This document shows positions 39,286 to 47,729 of a DNA stretch of 64,000 nucleotides, in pieces. The DNA is from an uncultured Alphaproteobacteria bacterium (GTDB taxonomy: Bacteria; Pseudomonadota; Alphaproteobacteria; CAAHEQ01; UBA3637). The first letter of the stretch is position 1; every line of letters begins with the position of its first letter. The stretch spans positions 15,916 through 79,915 of the forward strand of contig CALXXX010000019.1 in assembly GCA_944392795.1 (NCBI GenBank), given 5' to 3'. The notes under the pieces were generated by a model. The model saw only the letters and a list, made by a program, of their open reading frames with translations, was not told the origin of the DNA and did no database searches. The position numbers and the translations under genes were made by a program.

Positions 39286-39831
39286 ATGAAAAAAATATTT
39301 TTATTTTTAATGGCTTTGTTAACATTAGGTATAACAAAAGGAGAAGCAGAAATGATATCGTCAAAAACACTGATAGCATATTATTCATGGAGCGGTAATA
39401 CACGTGCGGTCGCAGAAGAAATACAAAAGCAGGTAGGTGGAACTTTATTTGAAATTCAAACAAAAACTCCCTATCCTGAGGCATATCAAGCAACAGTTGA
39501 TCAGGCAAAGAAAGAAATTGCCGAAGGCTATCGGCCAGACTTGGTTCAACCTCTTCCAGATATGTCGGGATATGATGTCATTTTTATCGGTAGTCCTAAT
39601 TGGTGGGGAACAATTGCTCCAGCCGTCTCCAGCTTTTTAGCTTCAACAGATTTACAGGGTAAAAAAGTTATTCCGTTTATCACTCATGGAGGGGGATATG
39701 CTCAAAATACTGTTAAAGATTTAACAGCTCAATGTAAAGGATGTCAAGTAGAAGAAGCTTTTATTGGACATGGAACATCTTCACCAAACAAGGAAGATAT
39801 AGAAGAATGGCTAAAGAAAGTTAATTATTAA
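39286..39831 (+). CDS. exported flavodoxin-like protein (Flavodoxin_4-like, with Sec signal peptide)
   Basis: Signal peptide. Flavodoxin motifs (LIAYYSWSGNTRAVAEEI; VIFIGSPNWWG; PFITHGGGY). Confidence 0.7.
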   Translation: MKKIFLFLMALLTLGITKGEAEMISSKTLIAYYSWSGNTRAVAEEIQKQVGGTLFEIQTKTPYPEAYQATVDQAKKEIAEGYRPDLVQPLPDMSGYDVIFIGSPNWWGTIAPAVSSFLASTDLQGKKVIPFITHGGGYAQNTVKDLTAQCKGCQVEEAFIGHGTSSPNKEDIEEWLKKVNY

Positions 39832-39840
39832 AAGCCCTAT

Positions 39841-39871
39841 GAAGCCTATTTTTAAAATAGGCTTCTTTTTT
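39841..39871 (+). terminator. intrinsic terminator after flavodoxin gene
   Basis: GAAGCCTAT-ttttaaa-ATAGGCTTC + T6. Confidence 0.65.
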
Positions 39872-39993
39872 AATGAGAGAAAGGAATATACAGAAATTTA
39901 TTTTTTTATATTCAGAAATACTAATTTTTTACATTGACACATTTAATTTAATATAGATATATAACTTAACCAATCGAGTGAGTGTGTCATAAA

Positions 39994-41166
39994 ATGTCGT
40001 TAATAAGGAAATTATTTTTCAAGTCTTGTTGTGGACGAAGTATGATAGAAATGCTTGGCATGTTGGCGATTGTGTCACTGCTAAGTTTAGGGTCATTTTG
40101 GGGGATAAGACAGCTTCGTATTCATGAAAAGGCAAACGAGCTTGCCTTTACTTGTACTCAAATCAGTCAAGACGTGTTGACTTCTGAGAAGATACAAAAT
40201 CTTCCGGAAGGGAGCTTGATTGAAGAAGTTGATTCAATACAAGTTTTCTCTGTCTCCTCAGATGCTTTTGTATTATCTCTGCCGCCGGTATCTGAGCCAA
40301 TTTGTCGTGTTTTATTGCCCTTATTTCAAAATGATTATCGTGTCTGGATAGAAGATACATTATGGAATGGAAATGAAGCTGCTTGTGTCGGGGAAGCTAT
40401 TCAAATTCAATTAGAAAGAAGTATCTCCGGTATATGGGATGAGCTGGATTCTTGTGAGGCGGGAAAAGTTCCTTTATTCTCTGGAGGGTGCGGATGTCCT
40501 GCAGATAAACCATTGTTAGTTGAGGGAGAATGTTCTGCGTCTTGTCCTCCTGAGCAAAAAGCGGGAAGTAATGGATTATGTTGTGCGGAACTGAATGAAG
40601 AGGGGAAGTGTTGTCAAACATTTTATGATTATGATAAGGCCACGGTCTGTTGCGAAAAAGGGGAAACAGCCTATACAAATGCTTATAACAAAGCTATGTG
40701 TTGTCCGGCCTCTTCAAAATTATCTGAGGTTGGCGTTTCTTGTTGGGGTGAGCAAATAAAAGCGTGTTGTCCCGTTGGTTTTTCTCCGCTGATGAAAAAC
40801 TGTAATCAACCTAAATGTTGTGTAGATGAACATTTCTATGATCTTTCAAAAAATGTTGTCTACTCGATCTGTTGTGCAGATGGATATATTGGGTACTCTC
40901 CTGAGGCTAATAGCTATTGTTGTCCTGTTCATTTAAATTATCATTTAGATATTGTTATCTCAAAAGATGAAGGATGCTGGTATGTTGATTTGAAAACTTG
41001 TTGTCCTGAGGGATATAGTGGCTATCTTTCTGAAACAGATATGAATAATCGATGTTCCCGAGAAAAAAGATGTTGTCCCGTTCAAAATTTGGTAGATGGT
41101 CATTGTTCTGGCGGCGATATTGAGACCTATAGAGGTGCTCCAAACGGTCAAATGATAGATGGTTGA
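39994..41166 (+). CDS. pilin-like protein (paralog 3) fused to a large paired-cysteine (CC-dyad) C-terminal domain
   Basis: Leader ..KSCCG, then RSMIEMLGMLAIVSLLSLGSFWG. A C-terminal region of about 250 aa carries at least 12 CC dyads (CCAELNEEGKCC..VCCEKGE..MCCPASS..ACCPVGF..KCCVDEH..ICCADGY..YCCPVH..TCCPEGY..RCCPVQN). The ORF track starts at GTG 39982; the first ATG is at 39994. Confidence 0.6.
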   Translation: MSLIRKLFFKSCCGRSMIEMLGMLAIVSLLSLGSFWGIRQLRIHEKANELAFTCTQISQDVLTSEKIQNLPEGSLIEEVDSIQVFSVSSDAFVLSLPPVSEPICRVLLPLFQNDYRVWIEDTLWNGNEAACVGEAIQIQLERSISGIWDELDSCEAGKVPLFSGGCGCPADKPLLVEGECSASCPPEQKAGSNGLCCAELNEEGKCCQTFYDYDKATVCCEKGETAYTNAYNKAMCCPASSKLSEVGVSCWGEQIKACCPVGFSPLMKNCNQPKCCVDEHFYDLSKNVVYSICCADGYIGYSPEANSYCCPVHLNYHLDIVISKDEGCWYVDLKTCCPEGYSGYLSETDMNNRCSREKRCCPVQNLVDGHCSGGDIETYRGAPNGQMIDG

Positions 41167-41242
41167 ACAATATCTTTTAAAAAGGCTTGAAAAAAAGATT
41201 GCTTTCTTTTAAAACAACAAGAATATAATTTTATGTTATATT

Positions 41243-42601
41243 TTGGGAGTAAAAGAGTATATGCGTCACCCAAAAGTCTATTTAATCCGGCTCAGCTTTG
41301 CTTTTATTATCGGCGTTTTTTTTCTATTTGCTTTTATGGGGGTCAAACATATAACGCCTTTTTTGAAAGGGCAATTTGGTCCGGCATTGTTGCACTTTAT
41401 TTCTCAGCCAAAACTGATTATTGGTGGAATCGTTTTAGGATGGATATTGATAACGCTTTTGTTCGGTCGGTTTTATTGTAGTTTGTTTTGTCCTCTTGGA
41501 TTAGCACAAGAAATTGAAATGTTGCTTTTTCATCGGACAAAAGGAATAAAGAAAAATAGTTTACTTTTGCGTTGGGCTTTGGCGTTAATATTTTGGGGAA
41601 GCTTTTTAGGAGGGACAACCGCACTTTTACGATTTGTCGAGCCTTATTCTCTTATCGGAAATATCTTGTCGTTTGGAATCGTCGGTTTGTGCATTGTCTC
41701 TTTTATTTTAATTTTAGCTTTGCCGTTTGGGCGCTTTTTTTGCACACATGTGTGTCCTGTCGGGGCTATTTTGGGAGGTTTATCTAAATTTTCGTATTAT
41801 CGACTTCATATCGGTGACAAATGTGTTCATTGCGGGCGATGTGAGCAAAATTGCCCCGCAGGGTGCATGCGCCAGGCAGTATATTCGATTGATAATACGC
41901 GGTGTGTTCGTTGTTTAAAATGTGTGTCGAATTGTCCTGTTGGAGCCATAAGCCTGGCGCATGTAAAAAAAGCGCCCGTTATTTCATCAAAAGAAGCTTT
42001 AAAAGGGGAAGTGTCTTATAAAGCGTTAAATCTAAATCGGCGTCGGTTATTGAAGAGTGCTGGATTAGGTGTTTTATGTGCTGGTGCAATAGCAACAGGA
42101 CGTTGGATTAAACAGACAGCTCGAAGTGTAAAGTTGCGTATTCTACCTCCGGGAGCCGGTTCGGTCGAACGATTTTTAAATCGTTGTACAAACTGTAATG
42201 CTTGTGTTGAAAATTGTCCGCAGGGCATTATTCGAAAGGCAGATCAAGATTTCGCAAGACCCTTTATTGAGTTTGATAAAAGTTTTTGTCGATTTAAGTG
42301 CCATCGTTGTTCAAGTGTTTGTCCGACAGGAGCTTTACGAAAGCTTGCATTATCAGAAAAACAAAAGACACGAATCAGTATCATGAATATTAATAGAGAT
42401 CGCTGTGTCGGTTGCTATGGATGTGTTCAGGCTTGTCCCAAGAAAGCTCTTTCTGTCGTGCGAGGACAACGCGTTCCGGCGTATGATGTTTTGTCTTGTA
42501 TCGGCTGTGGTAAATGTCAGAGTGTTTGCCCGATGGGTGCCATTACGGCAGCAGCGATTCCCGAACAAGTTTTATTGACACAATCTTTGTCGGATAGCTG
42601 A
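41243..42601 (+). CDS. NapH-like / NapG-like fused polyferredoxin (membrane quinol dehydrogenase-type iron-sulfur protein)
   Basis: N-terminal 4-TM domain with two CxxCP motifs (CSLFCPLG; CTHVCPVG) as in NapH/MauN. Two ferredoxin-type CxxCxxCxxxCP sites follow. An internal twin-arginine-like segment (NRRRLLKSAGLGVLCAGAIATG) precedes four more CxxCxxCxxxCP sites, as in the TAT-exported ferredoxin NapG. Confidence 0.7.
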   Translation: MGVKEYMRHPKVYLIRLSFAFIIGVFFLFAFMGVKHITPFLKGQFGPALLHFISQPKLIIGGIVLGWILITLLFGRFYCSLFCPLGLAQEIEMLLFHRTKGIKKNSLLLRWALALIFWGSFLGGTTALLRFVEPYSLIGNILSFGIVGLCIVSFILILALPFGRFFCTHVCPVGAILGGLSKFSYYRLHIGDKCVHCGRCEQNCPAGCMRQAVYSIDNTRCVRCLKCVSNCPVGAISLAHVKKAPVISSKEALKGEVSYKALNLNRRRLLKSAGLGVLCAGAIATGRWIKQTARSVKLRILPPGAGSVERFLNRCTNCNACVENCPQGIIRKADQDFARPFIEFDKSFCRFKCHRCSSVCPTGALRKLALSEKQKTRISIMNINRDRCVGCYGCVQACPKKALSVVRGQRVPAYDVLSCIGCGKCQSVCPMGAITAAAIPEQVLLTQSLSDS

Positions 42602-42658
42602 CTTTTTCCTGGACAATGATAGCTTTTTTCTTTTATGATAAGAAAAAAAGGAAGAAGA

Positions 42659-43303
42659 ATGACACCCGTAAAACTTTTTGATTTAAATATGGGAGAGTTG
42701 CCCACGAAAATCCCCTTGCTTAGTTTGCCAGGGACGGTTCTAATGCCGTGCGGTAAGTTATCCATTCGATTGATTGATCCAAAACAAATGATGATGGTTT
42801 TTGATTCATTGGCTCATGGCCGAATGATAGGGATTGTTCAGAAGAAAGAGCAAGGGAAAGGCTTTTATGATGTTGGATGTGCAGGTCGGATTGCCGGATT
42901 TATGGAAGGAGAAACAGATTCTTTAATGTTGCATTTGGTGGGTGTCTGTCGTTTTCGTGTTTTAAGCTGTTTTAAGTATGAAGATCATGATATGGCAGAA
43001 GTGACATATGCTCCATTTCAAAAGGATTTTCAAGAAATAAAGCCATTATTTGACACAGAGGCTGTTTTATTTGCCTTAGATATATATGCGCGGGCTAAGA
43101 GGCTTGATCTTGATTCAGATCTATTTCGAGGTCTATCGGCACAGCGGTTGATTGCTGTTTTAGTTTCTTTATTACCATTTGACCCATCTGAAAAACAAGC
43201 GCTTATGGAAAAAGAAGATTTAAACGAATGTGCAGCGACGCTTTTGACGATTTTGAAGATGGAGGCTGTTCCTGATACAGGGAAAGGACACAGGGTATGT
43301 TAA
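42659..43303 (+). CDS. stand-alone Lon N-terminal (LON substrate-binding) domain protein
   Basis: ..LP.LPL.GTVL.P...L.L.IFEPRY-like Lon-N motif (LPLLSLPGTVLMPCGKLSIRL). About 215 aa with no ATPase or protease domain. Start at ATG 42659, preceded by AAGGAAG. Confidence 0.65.
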   Translation: MTPVKLFDLNMGELPTKIPLLSLPGTVLMPCGKLSIRLIDPKQMMMVFDSLAHGRMIGIVQKKEQGKGFYDVGCAGRIAGFMEGETDSLMLHLVGVCRFRVLSCFKYEDHDMAEVTYAPFQKDFQEIKPLFDTEAVLFALDIYARAKRLDLDSDLFRGLSAQRLIAVLVSLLPFDPSEKQALMEKEDLNECAATLLTILKMEAVPDTGKGHRVC

Positions 43304-45426
43304 AACAAATAGTGAAATGGTTAAGAGCTTGTCTTTGGGTTGTTGTCGGCGTTTTTATCGGCATTTCGTTGTTTAGTTACCATCCGACAGATCCGTCGTT
43401 AAATACAATAAGTGGTTCTATTGTACAAAATTGGGCGGGTTTACCTGGTTCTTATTTATCAGATTTTTTAATACAAGGTTTCGGGTGGGCATCATGGTTA
43501 ATTGTTGTTGGCTTTGTTGTGAAAGGCATGTGGATTTTCCGGAACTTTCCTTTGAAATATCCATTTTGTCATTTTTTTGGTTTTTTTGTATTGCTTTTAT
43601 CATGTTCTGTTCTTTTGGGCCCGTTGGATAAAGGGGGTGTTGTTGGTTTCTTTAGTTTTAGATTCTTGCCGTATATTCCGAAAGTGGGACAGTTTATTTT
43701 ATGGACGGTCTGGATTTGTTTAGCTTTATTTGTTTTCCAAATTCCTGTTGGTTCTATGGTTCGTCGTTTGACTGGGCTAAAGCTTCCGCATTTTTCTATG
43801 CCGTTTCTTTTAAAGAAAACAGAGGATAAAACCATTGCAAAAGTTGAGCCTGTTTCATCTCAGAAAAAGACAGCAAAAAGTTCTTCTAAACCATCTGCCC
43901 AGATAAAAAAGAAACATCCCAAAGATGGATTTAATTTACCTCCGGTATCTTTGTTAGACGATCCTAAAGCTCAAAACAAAGAGTCATTAACGAAAGATAT
44001 GATGGATAATATTTCTCGTCGCTTGGAGGCAGTTTTGGGTCAGTTTGGTGTAAAAGGGACGATTCAACGTGTAAGTCCTGGTCCGGTTGTGACACTTTAT
44101 GAGTTTGAGCCAGCAGCAGGAGTGAAAACTGCACGCGTGATAGGATTGGCAGAGGATATTGCACGTGCCATGAGTGTTGTTTCGGTTCGTATGGCTGTTA
44201 TACCAGGTTCATCTGTGATTGGCATTGAGATGCCGAATAAAAATAGGCAGACAGTTTTTATTAAAGAATTAATAGATTTACCGGCGTTTGCAGAGCATAC
44301 GGGAGCGCTTCCATTAATTTTAGGAAAGAATATTGGAGGTAATCCTTATTTTGCTGATTTAGCTAAAATGCCTCATTTGTTGGTTGCCGGTACAACCGGT
44401 TCAGGGAAATCAGTTGGCATCAATACAATGATTTTATCTCTGTTGTATCGTTTTACGCCTGATGAATGTCGCCTCATTATGGTTGATCCTAAGATGTTGG
44501 AATTATCCGTTTACAATGGTATTCCTCATTTATTGACGCCTGTTGTGACAGAATCTGGCAAAGCTGTTGTTGCATTGAAGTGGACGGTTCGAGAGATGGA
44601 TGATCGTTATCGTCAAATGGCTAATTTAGGTGTTCGTAATATAGAACTTTACAATAAAAAAATTGCAGAAACATTGGCCGCAGGGAAAACATTAACACGA
44701 CAAGTTCAAACAGGTTTTGATCCAGAAACGGGTCGTCCGATTATTGAGACACAAGATATGGATTTAACTCCAATGCCTTATATCGTTGTTATCGTAGATG
44801 AAATGGCAGATTTGATGTTGACGGCGGGTAAAGATATTGAAATAGCTGTCAGCCGGATTGCAGCTAAGGCACGAGCGGCAGGTATTCATATGATTATGGC
44901 GACGCAGCGTCCATCTGTGGATGTCATTACCGGCACGATTAAAGCGAATTTTCCATCTCGGATAGCTTTCCAAGTGACCAGTAAGTTTGATAGTGTGACG
45001 ATTATAGGTGATAAAGGAGCTGAACAATTATTGGGTCGAGGAGACATGTTGTTTATGGCAGCGGGGATGCGCCCTGTTCGTTTACATGGTCCTTTTGTCA
45101 GTGACGAAGAAGTGGAACGGGTCGTTTCTTTCTTGAAAGAGCAAGGAGAAGCGCAATATGTTGAGGCTGTTATGGAAGAAGAGGAAGAAAGTTTTGATGA
45201 AGGCGCTGTTTTTGATCGTTCTCAGATGGGTGGGGAAGGCGATTTATATGAGAAAGCAAAAGCAATTGTTCTACGTGATAAAAAGCCATCCATCAGCTAT
45301 GTTCAGCGTCAGCTTCGGATAGGTTATAATCGAGCGGCGGATTTAATTGACAGGATGGAGGCTGAGGGAGTTGTTTCAAAAGCCTCTCCGACCGGGCGGC
45401 GAGAGATTTTGACAGGAGATAACTAA
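43297..45426 (+). CDS. ftsK: DNA translocase FtsK
   Basis: N-terminal 4-TM domain, linker, and motor domain with Walker A GTTGSGKS. C-terminal gamma wHTH. Confidence 0.92.
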   Translation: MLKQIVKWLRACLWVVVGVFIGISLFSYHPTDPSLNTISGSIVQNWAGLPGSYLSDFLIQGFGWASWLIVVGFVVKGMWIFRNFPLKYPFCHFFGFFVLLLSCSVLLGPLDKGGVVGFFSFRFLPYIPKVGQFILWTVWICLALFVFQIPVGSMVRRLTGLKLPHFSMPFLLKKTEDKTIAKVEPVSSQKKTAKSSSKPSAQIKKKHPKDGFNLPPVSLLDDPKAQNKESLTKDMMDNISRRLEAVLGQFGVKGTIQRVSPGPVVTLYEFEPAAGVKTARVIGLAEDIARAMSVVSVRMAVIPGSSVIGIEMPNKNRQTVFIKELIDLPAFAEHTGALPLILGKNIGGNPYFADLAKMPHLLVAGTTGSGKSVGINTMILSLLYRFTPDECRLIMVDPKMLELSVYNGIPHLLTPVVTESGKAVVALKWTVREMDDRYRQMANLGVRNIELYNKKIAETLAAGKTLTRQVQTGFDPETGRPIIETQDMDLTPMPYIVVIVDEMADLMLTAGKDIEIAVSRIAAKARAAGIHMIMATQRPSVDVITGTIKANFPSRIAFQVTSKFDSVTIIGDKGAEQLLGRGDMLFMAAGMRPVRLHGPFVSDEEVERVVSFLKEQGEAQYVEAVMEEEEESFDEGAVFDRSQMGGEGDLYEKAKAIVLRDKKPSISYVQRQLRIGYNRAADLIDRMEAEGVVSKASPTGRREILTGDN

Positions 45427-45508
45427 TATTAAAACAGTTCATAAAAAAAGGCTGTTTGATGTTGTGCAATATGTATTCATCATCAAACTTTGAATAGGAG
45501 AAAAAAAG

Positions 45509-46126
45509 ATGAAAAAGTATTTATTTATAATCCTTTTAATGCTCTGTGTAACATCTGTCCAAGCAGATGTTCTTCCAGAATTACAAACAGCTGAGAACAA
45601 AGCTATTTTGACAAAAGTTGAAAAGTTGTTAGATGGGATTACGACCATGAAAAGTCGTTTTTCCGAGTTTTCGTCCAAAGACGGAGACTATATGAAACAT
45701 GGAGATTTTTATCTGGCCCGCCCCAATCGAATGAGATTAGTGTATGATGCGCCGACGCAATTAGAGTTTATTGCAGATGGACAATATTTTATCTATCATG
45801 ATAAAGATTTTGATCAGGTTTCTTATCTAGAAATTAACCAGACACCGGCGGCGATTTTGTTGAAACCCGGATTTTCATTTGAGGATCCTGAATTTTTAGT
45901 GACGAATGTGCAAGAGGATTTGGATGAATATCGTATTACGGCGATTAAGAAAGATGAACCGGAGTTAGGGGAATTAACTTTGATTGTTTCTCAAGACCCC
46001 GTTGAATTGAAGCAGTGGGAGCTTGTGGATATGAAAGGTATTAAGTCAACAGTTGGTTTATATGAGATAGAAGAGAACATTCCTATCAAAGCAGATTTAT
46101 TTGTTTTTGTTCCTCCCAAGGATTAA
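45509..46126 (+). CDS. lolA: outer-membrane lipoprotein carrier protein LolA
   Basis: Signal peptide. LolA-like beta-barrel motifs (..F.Q.......G..Y...P...R..Y..P). Confidence 0.75.
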   Translation: MKKYLFIILLMLCVTSVQADVLPELQTAENKAILTKVEKLLDGITTMKSRFSEFSSKDGDYMKHGDFYLARPNRMRLVYDAPTQLEFIADGQYFIYHDKDFDQVSYLEINQTPAAILLKPGFSFEDPEFLVTNVQEDLDEYRITAIKKDEPELGELTLIVSQDPVELKQWELVDMKGIKSTVGLYEIEENIPIKADLFVFVPPKD

Positions 46127-46179
46127 GCTTTTATGTGAAAAATTTATACGGGAAAGAAAAAGGTTTCTTTCCTGTATAG

Positions 46180-47673
46180 TTAACTTAAAAAAGTGATGGT
46201 TTGTTTACGAAAGTTATATAAGGACCATCCGATTGCCAGTAAGCATAATAACAAAGGAATAAGATTTCCCATTCTTCCATATAAAGTTGGTGGTAATGCT
46301 CGAGGTAAATCCGCGTCAAGGATACCTTCCAATCCAAGGGGAAGAGAATCGATGATTTCCCCTGTCGGAGATATAACGGCACTAATGCCTGTTCCGGCAG
46401 CTCGTACGACAGGTAAGCCTTCTTCAATGGCACGCATTTGAGCTGCAGCCAAATGTTGATAAGGTCCTGCACTTAATCCATACCAACCGTCATTTGTCAC
46501 ATTGATAAGCCATTCCGGGCGATATTTTTTTTGAACAACGTGCCCTGGGAAAATAACTTCATAACAAACCAACATCCCAGCCGGCGGAGCATTTGGAACA
46601 CGAACTGTTCGAACATGAGGGCCTTCTGCGAAATCAGAATGTATTGGTACAATTTTATCGAATGGCAGAATTCCTCGTAGAGGGACATATTCTCCAAAAG
46701 GGACTAAATGAGCTTTATCATAAGTACTTTTAATTTCTCCCATATCGTTTAAGACAAAAATACTATTAGCAAGTTGGCGTGTTTTAGGGTCTGTTAATCG
46801 TAAGCCTCCAGTAATTAAAGTTCCTCCTTGAGGAACGGCGCTAATTGTCATGGCTCTTGCCTCTATATCAACATTTAACAGATAAGGGATAGCAGATTCT
46901 GGCCATATCACATGTGTGACTTGTTTTTGCCCGGCTTTTTTACTTAACCGAATGTGCTTCATTAGATTTTCTTCTCGAGCAATTGGATCCCACTTGAGTG
47001 TTTGAGAGATGTTGGGTTGCACCAAACGTAATCGAACACCCCAGACAGTTTCGTCTTCTGAGGCAGCTAAACGAGCTGTTCCAATCGCTAATACTAATAG
47101 GAAAGAGACAGAAATTGCTGCTAAGAGATTTTTCTTTTTATAAAAATAAGGTGCAGCGAACCAAAAAACAGAAGCAAAAGTTAGACCATATACACCAGTA
47201 ATAGAGGCGAGTTGTGCGACAGGAAGACAGGAAATCCAAACAGAACCTAATAAATTCCAAGGAAAGCCTGTGAAAATCCAAGAGCGTATCCATTCAAAGA
47301 GCGTTAATGAACCGGCTAACATGATCAACCGAGGAAAACCGGGACGGCTCCAATAACATAAAAGTGTCGGGATTGCCCAAAAAATACCAAAAATCAGTCC
47401 AAATCCAATCGGAACAATAGGTAAAGCCCATACAAAAGAGCCATTATCAATCATCAAAGCGTTGGTTAACCAAAACATTGAGGCGGCGCCCATACCGGCT
47501 CCAAAGCTAAAGCCTAATCCAAATAAAACTTTTTTATTTTGAGCTTGATTGATAAATGCAAACCAGACAGGAAATAAAACAAACATCAACCAAAATAGAC
47601 CGGCAGGGACAAAACCAAGCGCTGAAATAAGTCCCATTCCGAAGCTAATAAATAATTGTTTCTTTATTTTCAT
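46180..47673 (-). CDS. lnt: apolipoprotein N-acyltransferase
   Basis: N-terminal multi-TM domain plus a CN-hydrolase domain (..WPESA.P; catalytic Cys region ..LVCYE..FP). Confidence 0.85.
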   Translation of the reverse strand: MKIKKQLFISFGMGLISALGFVPAGLFWLMFVLFPVWFAFINQAQNKKVLFGLGFSFGAGMGAASMFWLTNALMIDNGSFVWALPIVPIGFGLIFGIFWAIPTLLCYWSRPGFPRLIMLAGSLTLFEWIRSWIFTGFPWNLLGSVWISCLPVAQLASITGVYGLTFASVFWFAAPYFYKKKNLLAAISVSFLLVLAIGTARLAASEDETVWGVRLRLVQPNISQTLKWDPIAREENLMKHIRLSKKAGQKQVTHVIWPESAIPYLLNVDIEARAMTISAVPQGGTLITGGLRLTDPKTRQLANSIFVLNDMGEIKSTYDKAHLVPFGEYVPLRGILPFDKIVPIHSDFAEGPHVRTVRVPNAPPAGMLVCYEVIFPGHVVQKKYRPEWLINVTNDGWYGLSAGPYQHLAAAQMRAIEEGLPVVRAAGTGISAVISPTGEIIDSLPLGLEGILDADLPRALPPTLYGRMGNLIPLLLCLLAIGWSLYNFRKQTITFLS

Positions 47674-47729
47674 GAAAGGCTCCTTTTTTATTCAGCCTAA
47701 CAGACTTTTTTTGAAATTCAAATGAGATT

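Noticed and set aside
39933-39968. Sigma70-like promoter (TTGACA ... 17 nt ... TATAGAT/ATATAT) upstream of the pilin-like CC-dyad gene
   Set aside because: Plausible by eye, but AT-rich intergenic DNA yields many such matches. Not reported as a feature without transcript data.
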